This document shows positions 56,997-64,000 of a DNA stretch of 64,000 bases, piece by piece. Both the position numbers and the translations under genes were made by a program. The stretch is from positions 247,669 to 311,668 of the IMG/VR virus record IMGVR_UViG_3300017917_001342; one strand, written 5' to 3'. The notes beneath the pieces were generated by a model. That model worked only from the letters and a program-made list of their open reading frames with translations, was not told the DNA's origin and did no database searches. The stretch's first letter is position 1, and each line of letters begins with the position of its first letter. The DNA is from a virus.

Positions 56997-57638
56997 ATGG
57001 AAATGGATTATAGAGATATAATGAAAGCAGTGTTGAGAAGCCAACATTGCCAGCGCAATTTTGATTTGTCTAAGACAATACCAGACGAAGATTTGGATCT
57101 GATGATAAATGCAGCAACAAATTGCCCCAGTAAACAAAACATTTCATTTTATGATTTGTATGTAATTAGAGACCAAGATCTCATTGCTAAGATACACAAG
57201 CTGTCTACTGGTGTTACTGCACACAATACCATAACTGGCGAGCGCGACACACCAACTACAAACAGTCAAACACTGGCAAACGTTTTGTTCTTGTATATAC
57301 ATAAAGATCTCGACGAAGTTACTCCCAGTGCATTTGAAAAATGGAGTCGTGCAGACGAAGCAGAACTCAAAGTATTCGAACGCGATGTTAACACTGCAAT
57401 AGGTATATCTGCCGGATATGTTAACTTTGCTGCAAGCCTGCTCGGATATGCAACTGGTTGTTGCCAGTGTTTCCAAAAAGAAGAAATTAGAAAACTTCTA
57501 GGTCTTAAGAAGGGTCCAGACTTGCTTATGGGTATTGGATATTCAGACGAAACAAGAAATCGTAGAGTACATGCTACACAGCCTGAGTTGATGTTCCCAA
57601 CTAGAGCTAAAGAAGATATTGCTGTACATTATATGTAA
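56997..57638 (+). CDS. nitroreductase-family protein (start at MEMDYRD after GAGGTG; track start 56961)
   Basis: R-x-x-Q-R-N-F, APSKQN and GY...ETRNRR blocks of the nitroreductase fold. Shine-Dalgarno before the second ATG. Confidence 0.65.
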   Translation: MEMDYRDIMKAVLRSQHCQRNFDLSKTIPDEDLDLMINAATNCPSKQNISFYDLYVIRDQDLIAKIHKLSTGVTAHNTITGERDTPTTNSQTLANVLFLYIHKDLDEVTPSAFEKWSRADEAELKVFERDVNTAIGISAGYVNFAASLLGYATGCCQCFQKEEIRKLLGLKKGPDLLMGIGYSDETRNRRVHATQPELMFPTRAKEDIAVHYM

Positions 57639-57668
57639 AAAAAGCCGCGCTTAGCGCGGCTTTTTTAT
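57636..57668. terminator. bidirectional intrinsic terminator (AAAAAA-GCCGCGC-TTA-GCGCGGC-TTTTTTATTT)
   Basis: GC stem with A and T flanks, between convergent genes. Confidence 0.7.
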
Positions 57669-57676
57669 TTCAACTG

Positions 57677-58369
57677 TTACTTGCGTTGTCCGAGCAGCTT
57701 GAGCAAGTACAACATTAGGTTTACAAAGTCTAGGTATAGACTCAATGCACCCATGATACCAGCTTTTGCACGTTCTTCGCCACTGGTAAGGTAATAGACT
57801 TCTTTGACTTTCTGTGTGTCATATGCAGTCAACCCCACAAAGATCAACACACCGATTACACTGATCGCAAAGTCAAATGCAGCACTTTGCATAAAAAGGT
57901 TGACAATGCTTGCTACGATCAATCCGATTAGACCCATTAGCAGGAACCCACCAAGACTGGTTAGATCCTTTTTAGTAGTATAACCGTAGATACTCATAGA
58001 AAGAAACATCACAGCAGTAATACCAAATACTTGGAATACAGATCCCAGTTGGTACATAAGGAACACTGTGCTAAGGCTAACGCCCATAACAGCAGCGTAT
58101 GCATAGAACATTGTTTGTAGTGCAGATGCACTAAACTTTTCAAATCCAAAGCTCATCACCAGCACCATTGCCAACGGTGCAAAGACAAACAGGAATGCCT
58201 GCGGTCCGCCTAGGAACAGTGCGGTAAGTTCCGGCACAGTTGCAACTAGATACGCAACAACACCGCTGACTACAAGACCAATGCCCATGTTGTTGTAAAC
58301 ACTGAGCATATGTTCACGCAACCCGTTATCAATTACAGCAGTTGCAGTATGACCATTTAGTTTTTCCAT
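57677..58369 (-). CDS. yccA: BAX-inhibitor-1 / YccA-family membrane protein (putative FtsH modulator)
   Basis: Seven predicted TM helices with the family-typical N-terminal cytoplasmic segment. A candidate sigma70 promoter (TTGTAA, 17-nt spacer, TATATT) lies upstream at about 58400-58435. Confidence 0.7.
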   Translation of the reverse strand: MEKLNGHTATAVIDNGLREHMLSVYNNMGIGLVVSGVVAYLVATVPELTALFLGGPQAFLFVFAPLAMVLVMSFGFEKFSASALQTMFYAYAAVMGVSLSTVFLMYQLGSVFQVFGITAVMFLSMSIYGYTTKKDLTSLGGFLLMGLIGLIVASIVNLFMQSAAFDFAISVIGVLIFVGLTAYDTQKVKEVYYLTSGEERAKAGIMGALSLYLDFVNLMLYLLKLLGQRK

Positions 58370-58440
58370 TAACAGTACCCTTTCTTAAGGTTATATGAAA
58401 AACAGTTATAATATAGTACAGTGTTTGATTATTTACAAGA

Positions 58441-58737
58441 TCATCTATTATTTTTTAGATGTTGTTCGTACCATTCTTCTAGTCTAGGTACAATACTATG
58501 ACTATCCATAGTTAATTTAAACAAAAATGCGTCGTCTGCAGATTGAAAACAGATTGTAACAGGCTGATTTGCTACAACACGGCCTTCTTGGTTTTTTACA
58601 AAACTCAGTTTGAATTTCGCAGTACCGTCGCGGTTAGTACCGTATTCGGCTTTAATCCACTCTATTAAACGACCACCATGGCCAGTCCATATTTCAGTTG
58701 GTATACTAACATGGTAAGGTGTGGGGAGATACGTCAC
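58441..58737 (-). CDS. W-tail family-like protein (IEWIKAEYGTN ... DDAFLFKLTMD + 17-aa extension)
   Basis: Motif 1 and an FKLT core are present, with a C-terminal extension in place of the W end. Confidence 0.5.
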   Translation of the reverse strand: MTYLPTPYHVSIPTEIWTGHGGRLIEWIKAEYGTNRDGTAKFKLSFVKNQEGRVVANQPVTICFQSADDAFLFKLTMDSHSIVPRLEEWYEQHLKNNR

Positions 58738-59903
58738 AGTACCACCCCACTCAGCAGTTCTTCTTTGGTAGCAACATAGCCGCTATCTGCCCAGGCATTT
58801 TTCAGCCGGTTCAGCATTGCACCCAGGTCTTTACCCGGCTTCATACCCATAGCAATCAGATCCTTACCTGTAACAGGAAACGGATCAAATTCCCAATGAA
58901 CCAGAGCATTCTGACTCCATGCATCGCGCTCTTCGATTGCAGCCAGTTCAGCAACCCATTTGCGTGGTGCACCATCAACAGCAATCAGACGACGCAGGTC
59001 ATCGTTACGCTTGTAATGCTTGCACAGCCACAGTGCATGATCACGTTCTTCGCTGCTCCATTTCAGGTCAACGGCAATACGTGCAACGTCATCGTAGTCC
59101 CAAAATTGCCATGCTGCCATAACAACCTCGGGATCTTGCGAAAATTGCAAAATTGCTTTTGCAAAAGCTGGCATGTGATCAGCAAACACTGCAACATTGG
59201 TCGAAATGTAGCTGCCCATACCAATTTCGTGCATTGCAGCAAACAGCGCAGAACCACGAGGATGAACAACGATCTTTTTCAGTTCGCTCCAAACACGCTC
59301 TCTGCTGATCTGATTCAGACCTTTGTAGTTGTCCAGGATAGCCTGCCAAGCAGCGGGATCAATGCGGCCCGGCTTGCCGAACCGTGCTTGAAAACGGAAC
59401 CAGCGCAGGATACGCAGGTAGTCTTCTTTAACACGAGTATCAGCATCACCAACAAAGCGAACCAGTTGGTCCTGCAGATCCTGTTGACCATTGAACGGAT
59501 CAATCAGCACACCATCGAACGTCATTGCCATAGCATTGAACGTAAAGTCCCTACGGCTCAGGTCTTCGATCCAATCGCGAGTGTAAGCAACTTTTGCATG
59601 ACGACCATCGTGATCGGTTTCAGTACGCAAGCTGGTGATTTCATAACCAACATGGTCAATTACCACAGTGATAGTACCGTGTTGCAGACCAGTTTCTACA
59701 TACCGGTAACCAAATGCACGGTAGATTTCCAGTTGTTCTGTGGGATCAGCATCAGTGCAGAAGTCCATATCCTTGGGTTCAACACCTGCAACAATGTCAC
59801 GAACTGCACCACCAACTAGACGGATATCAAACCCACGGCTTTGAAATGCAGCACGCAGCGTTTTCAGTTCTTCTGTGAAGTATTTGTCGAACACAGTTGA
59901 CAC
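58734..59903 (-). CDS. cca: tRNA nucleotidyltransferase (CCA-adding enzyme), class II
   Basis: Head-domain motif LVGGAVRD ... KDMDF, then RDFTFNAMA. Confidence 0.8.
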   Translation of the reverse strand: MSTVFDKYFTEELKTLRAAFQSRGFDIRLVGGAVRDIVAGVEPKDMDFCTDADPTEQLEIYRAFGYRYVETGLQHGTITVVIDHVGYEITSLRTETDHDGRHAKVAYTRDWIEDLSRRDFTFNAMAMTFDGVLIDPFNGQQDLQDQLVRFVGDADTRVKEDYLRILRWFRFQARFGKPGRIDPAAWQAILDNYKGLNQISRERVWSELKKIVVHPRGSALFAAMHEIGMGSYISTNVAVFADHMPAFAKAILQFSQDPEVVMAAWQFWDYDDVARIAVDLKWSSEERDHALWLCKHYKRNDDLRRLIAVDGAPRKWVAELAAIEERDAWSQNALVHWEFDPFPVTGKDLIAMGMKPGKDLGAMLNRLKNAWADSGYVATKEELLSGVVL

Positions 59904-59958
59904 CCTTTTTTGTATGTAGCCATAATAGCATAATACACTAGGGTGTCAACCGTTTAGA

Positions 59959-60219
59959 TCAAAGTTTATTGACCGCAGTGACGTTCGCAACTCTGAAACT
60001 GCGCCATTCGTTTTTGTCAGTACACCATGCTACCATAACAGCTTCGTTGAGTTCTCTGACTCGCTTTTGACTGATAGCATCTGATTTAGTAGGTGCAGGA
60101 ATCAGTGTTTCTTTAAGTGTACAGGACATGGTTCTAACCTCACCACTGACTTTGGTAAACGTTATTTCGCAAACACCCTCTTTGAGTGCGGCATGTAGTT
60201 CTTCTCTGGTAATAGTCAT
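59959..60219 (-). CDS. hypothetical 86-aa protein
   Basis: ORF. Confidence 0.5.
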   Translation of the reverse strand: MTITREELHAALKEGVCEITFTKVSGEVRTMSCTLKETLIPAPTKSDAISQKRVRELNEAVMVAWCTDKNEWRSFRVANVTAVNKL

Positions 60220-60228
60220 CTGTGCCTC

Positions 60229-61593
60229 TTATCTATCAACTTTAGCTAGCTTTTTAAGTGCTAGAACTTCTTTGCGGTAAATGTCTTTTTGTTTCTTTGG
60301 ATCTGCTAACAGTGTTTGATGCTCTGCAATTCTAGCACTGAGATCTGCAATCTTAGCAACGATTTCGCTGTATGCATCTTTAGCCCAGCGATAACTTGGT
60401 AGGCTTGCAATGCGATCTGTTTGATCTTCGTCTATATCAATGCCTTTACACAGGGTTTGTACTTTTGCGACAACATCGGATTTGTCTGCGGCTTTGGGTA
60501 AGAACTCAGGTAGCTTACCATCTATACAGGCTTTGAGTGCTAGGTTCCAATTCAATTGATAGGTCAAATCTGCAATGATTTTTTCAAAGCGTACTTTGTA
60601 CCAACCTAGACGCCACTGCACAAATTCTGTAATCAACTGGTCAGCAGTTTCAAACTGACGAACACTGTTGCCGTTCCAGTCTAGCACAACCAGTCGTTCT
60701 GTTACACGACTACGCAGTTTAAAGAAATCAATTGCAGTTTCTTCAGTCCAATCTGCAATTGTACCGCGCTTGAAACGCACTTCAATTTTGATAGTTTTTG
60801 TGCTGCGGTCGATATAGGTCTGAATCTTATCATCGTCTTCAAGACCATTGAGACGTTCTTTGAATTTCTCAAGGCTAAGGTTAGGCGGAAGTTCTTCGAT
60901 CCAAACAGTGCTACCATCTATTCTTGCACGACCTGTAAACTCCCAGGCATTGCCTGCAATGTTTCGCACGTTGCAATCAAGATAGTCATACTTGGGTGCC
61001 AGTGTTTTAATAGGCTTACCATCAATTGCTGCAACAGTGGCTTCGATTAGATCTTCAAGACTGCGAGGAAGAATGTCGGTACTCCATCCGACTGCAATAC
61101 CACTGATACCATTTAGCAAAACCATTGGTATTAAAGGCAAGTAATTCTTTGGCTCCATTACACTGCCGTCATAGTTTTCTTTCAATGGCACAATGTCGTA
61201 ATCTGTAAACACCAACGCATCTGTATTGGCATTGCGCTTCAAATACGTATAACGAGGTGCACCCCAGTCAGTTGGTCCAATTTTAGTACCAAACGCACCG
61301 ATACCTTGCAGCAACGGCACGTTGTTGCAGTAGGGTGCAGCCATTAGACTCAGTGTTTCTGCCGCACTGGCATCACCGTGCAGGTATACGTTTTGACTGA
61401 TCATTTCGCCTGCAAGCGAAATAGTCTTGATCTTATCGCTTTTAGGTTTGATTACAAACAGTGCTTTGCGCTGTGCATCTTTAAGTCCGTCGCACACACT
61501 GGGAATACCGCGTGTTTGACACACATAGATACTGTAGTCACGACTGGTACTTTTGATGTAATCAGTTGTAGTAGTGTTCTGTGTATCAAGCAT
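60229..61593 (-). CDS. gp52: type II DNA topoisomerase medium subunit (T4 gp52-like, GyrA-type breakage-reunion domain)
   Basis: Active-site region GAPRYTY and PLIPMVLLNGISGIAVGWST match gp52/GyrA. 8-nt overlap with the large-subunit gene. Confidence 0.85.
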   Translation of the reverse strand: MLDTQNTTTTDYIKSTSRDYSIYVCQTRGIPSVCDGLKDAQRKALFVIKPKSDKIKTISLAGEMISQNVYLHGDASAAETLSLMAAPYCNNVPLLQGIGAFGTKIGPTDWGAPRYTYLKRNANTDALVFTDYDIVPLKENYDGSVMEPKNYLPLIPMVLLNGISGIAVGWSTDILPRSLEDLIEATVAAIDGKPIKTLAPKYDYLDCNVRNIAGNAWEFTGRARIDGSTVWIEELPPNLSLEKFKERLNGLEDDDKIQTYIDRSTKTIKIEVRFKRGTIADWTEETAIDFFKLRSRVTERLVVLDWNGNSVRQFETADQLITEFVQWRLGWYKVRFEKIIADLTYQLNWNLALKACIDGKLPEFLPKAADKSDVVAKVQTLCKGIDIDEDQTDRIASLPSYRWAKDAYSEIVAKIADLSARIAEHQTLLADPKKQKDIYRKEVLALKKLAKVDR

Positions 61594-63463
61594 CTAATGC
61601 AATCCATTCTTTACGTGCATCTGCACCTTTGGGGTCGAATATCAATTTAAGTGCTTCACTTAGATTACCATCATCTATCAGCGGAACCAATTTAGGTTTA
61701 ACCAAACTGTGACGCCAATCTGCTTCTTCTAGACTACCAAGACCTTTTGCACGAGTTGGCTTTGGACAGTTTTTCCAATCTTTAGGATCGTATGTGTGAT
61801 AGTCGTCTGCATACCAATAGTGCCGTGTTTTGCCTTTTTCTTGAATGATAAAAGGTGTTTGGAATGCATAGAAGAATGGTTCAAGTTTTGAATCAAACAG
61901 TTCTGGCCAATGTAGATAAAAGAAGTTAACCAGCAATGCTGTGATGTTTGCACCGTCAGGGTCTTGGTCAGCAGCTAGATAAACTCTGCCATAGCGTAGA
62001 TCTGCACGATTAGCCTTTTGACCTAGCGCACAACCAATACTGGTCATTATGTCAGTTAGAATCTGATTGTCTAGCAGTGTCTTAGGTGCTTCACCGCGCA
62101 CATTGAGTATTTTACCACGCAGTGGCAACGCACCGTGTATCTCCGGATCACGTACAGCACTGACCATGGTCTTAGCACTGTCCCCTTCTGTGATAAGCAG
62201 TATGCACTTTGTACGATCTTTACCATTGGCATCTAGTAGTTTAGGTACCTTGGTACGCATCATCTTGCGAGTAGCTTTGGCTAGCTCTGCATCGTCTTTT
62301 TTCTGTGTACGAGCAGCACACCTTGCATAGATTTCATCAATCCATTCTTTATTGGTTTTGATAATGCTTTTGAAGGTGTTTTCATCTTCTAGCGTTTTAC
62401 GAATATACACATCTACATCGTCATTGATCAGTCGAGTTTTGCTCTGACTGTCAAAGTTAGGTGCATGCATTACAGTTACGTTGTATATCAGTAAACCGTC
62501 AGCTACGTCACTGCGGTTAGGTGTTAGCCCGCGGCGTTTGCTTTCGCGCTCTAGTCCTTTGATAAGACCGCTGTAAAACAATCGTTTGAATGTGTCAATG
62601 TGCTGTCCGCCGTTGAATGCAGGAATGTCATTAACAGTAGTATGCAGATATTCACCATCGTCTGCAAAATTTGGTACCAAGTAGTAGCTGCTGTTGAAGT
62701 TTTTGTCCTTAACAACAATTTCAATCACACGCTTGTTATCAAAGAATGTTTTTGCAACAGTTGGTTTGACTACTATGCGACTGTCGTTGAAATAAAACTT
62801 GATCTTAGGATGGTTAGCAGCAATCTCGGTTATACGAGCCTTGACAAATGCCAATGGCAAATTGATCTTCTTGAACACAGTTTTGCTGAGTTTAAAAGTC
62901 ACAGTAGTACCGCTTTTCGCAGCACTTTTTGTAATCTTAGGTTCGCGAATATCAAGTTCGTCAATTGCAGCATTGCCTTCGTTAAACGTCTGTTGGAAAC
63001 GCTGTCCGTCTCTAACAATGTCTAACATGAAGTATTCGCTACAACTTACCACTGTGCTGGCACCGATACCGTTGGTGCCGCGCACTTCTTCTCTTACACC
63101 AAAGTTACGTCCAGCTCTTGCCTGTGTAAGAGCGATCGTTGCTTTGTGCATACGTTCGTTTTCATCCCAGTCAATTGGAATACCGCGACCATCATCGGAC
63201 ACTGTGAATTCCATAGTTTTGGGATCATACTTTACATCAACGCGACTGCCATGCCCATGACCAATGACTTCGTCAAGTGCGTTGTCGAGTATTTCGCGGA
63301 ATGCGCAATACACAGCAGGGGTCCATGTCATTTCAACTGGCTTGAGTTCTTTGCCATCCCAATTGACAATGGTCTGCGTATGCGGACTGCGACTACCCAA
63401 GTACATTTCTGTACGTAGTCTATGATGTTGATAATCTGTGAGTTTTTGAATATTTTCTGTCAT
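61586..63463 (-). CDS. gp39: type II DNA topoisomerase large subunit (fused T4 gp39+gp60-type; GHKL ATPase + TOPRIM)
   Basis: ILDNALDE ATPase motif, TOPRIM ILLITEGDSA, PLRGK. 625 aa, uninterrupted. Confidence 0.9.
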   Translation of the reverse strand: MTENIQKLTDYQHHRLRTEMYLGSRSPHTQTIVNWDGKELKPVEMTWTPAVYCAFREILDNALDEVIGHGHGSRVDVKYDPKTMEFTVSDDGRGIPIDWDENERMHKATIALTQARAGRNFGVREEVRGTNGIGASTVVSCSEYFMLDIVRDGQRFQQTFNEGNAAIDELDIREPKITKSAAKSGTTVTFKLSKTVFKKINLPLAFVKARITEIAANHPKIKFYFNDSRIVVKPTVAKTFFDNKRVIEIVVKDKNFNSSYYLVPNFADDGEYLHTTVNDIPAFNGGQHIDTFKRLFYSGLIKGLERESKRRGLTPNRSDVADGLLIYNVTVMHAPNFDSQSKTRLINDDVDVYIRKTLEDENTFKSIIKTNKEWIDEIYARCAARTQKKDDAELAKATRKMMRTKVPKLLDANGKDRTKCILLITEGDSAKTMVSAVRDPEIHGALPLRGKILNVRGEAPKTLLDNQILTDIMTSIGCALGQKANRADLRYGRVYLAADQDPDGANITALLVNFFYLHWPELFDSKLEPFFYAFQTPFIIQEKGKTRHYWYADDYHTYDPKDWKNCPKPTRAKGLGSLEEADWRHSLVKPKLVPLIDDGNLSEALKLIFDPKGADARKEWIALDA

Positions 63464-64000
63464 CGTGTGTTAGTTATACAAGAAACGACTGCGTTGAACA
63501 AGAGTTTTTATTTTCATATGCTTAAAACAATGAAATCGGAATGTATTTTTACATCCCGACTCACTGTATTCGTTTATAATATAATAATTTAGAGTCTGAC
63601 AAATTCAACGCCTTCGGCGTGGCTTGGCAGTAATATAATAATTTATCTTGACGGGTACTTTATATTTACTAGTCTTGATAGGTATGTAGTTAATATGTTA
63701 TCATCATTGGTGTAGTAAAACGGCAGTTTGATTCTGTTTCCAAGTCCAAACTGCCAAAAACTCATTTACGCTGCGAGAGCGTAAGAAGGTGCAACGTTAT
63801 CGTTTGCAACTGTTGATTTTCTTGCGTTAACCGAGCTTGCGCCGGGCAACTCCACTCACATAGTCCGCCTGTCGATCCTATTTCGAGCCCATCAAGAATA
63901 CACACCGTGATCTAAGGCCGGAATTCCCGCCCCTTGACGTATCGAAGTCGCTGTCCAGTTTCCCGAACTATTTCGATACATGTGTACTCTTGGTGGACCC
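63464..64000. other. 537-bp ORF-free, hairpin-rich region: duplicated TAATATAATAATTTA boxes (63586, 63636), UUCG-tetraloop hairpin (ACGCC-TTCG-GGCGT, ~63617-63630), and several longer stems at 63720-63990
   Basis: No ORF over 60 aa in any frame. Inverted repeats GGCAGTTTG/CAAACTGCC, ACGCT/AGCGT and GTATCGAA/TTCGATAC. Confidence 0.5.

Overview
This 64-kb window reads as part of a large T4-like (rII/topoisomerase-II-bearing) myovirus genome, about 40% GC and almost gene-saturated. There is no CRISPR array, rRNA gene or transposase. The genes fall into seven groups by position.

(1) A structural block at 1-9 kb on the + strand holds two collagen-like (G-X-T/GPTG) fibre genes with near-identical internal DNA repeats and a 1735-aa adhesin or tail-fibre gene built from six ~250-aa tandem repeats. 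Small ORFs and intrinsic terminators follow.

(2) An rIIA homologue lies next to a DxD glycosyltransferase-like gene at 10.3-13.3 kb.

(3) A minus-strand 'early-region-like' arm spans 13.4-36.5 kb and is packed with small, translationally coupled ORFs (ATGA overlaps). Its most striking part is a tandem array of about 17 paralogous 50-140-aa proteins at 14.3-19.2 kb, and further copies are scattered at about 35.3, 50.6, 54.6 and 58.4 kb. They share a bipartite signature: an internal xW[CL]xxN motif and a C-terminal acidic-xx-[FLW]-x-[LMF]-x-W end. I cannot assign this family to any characterised one, and it is the top candidate for an undescribed system. The same arm carries an HNH endonuclease, a MazG-like NTPase, an HNH/Zn-finger::RNA-ligase fusion, an SPFH lipoprotein with membrane and secreted partners, a YqeY protein, a metallophosphoesterase and a cytidylyltransferase.

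(4) A phage-borne proteostasis module at 37.1-43.8 kb encodes DnaK, YcgN, cyclophilin PPIase, ClpS, Hsp20 and ClpX, with no ClpP, DnaJ or GrpE. A YccA/BI-1 FtsH modulator sits at 57.7 kb.

(5) A translation/RNA module comprises a tRNA(CAU) that looks like tRNA-Ile2 immediately beside a truncated TilS (lysidine synthetase), and a CCA-adding enzyme at 58.7 kb.

(6) Other accessory enzymes include QueD/PTPS carried on its own promoter-terminator cassette, two nitroreductases, NUDIX, an alpha/beta hydrolase, a GT2 glycosyltransferase, and an H-G-T ART/Tpt1-like protein translationally coupled to a 430-aa partner.

(7) Type II topoisomerase large (fused gp39/gp60-type) and medium (gp52-type) subunits occupy 60.2-63.5 kb. 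An ORF-free, hairpin-rich 540-bp region with a duplicated TAATATAATAATTTA motif follows at the window end.

All calls rest on ORF structure, ribosome-binding-site and terminator inspection, and motif recognition by eye. No database searches were run.
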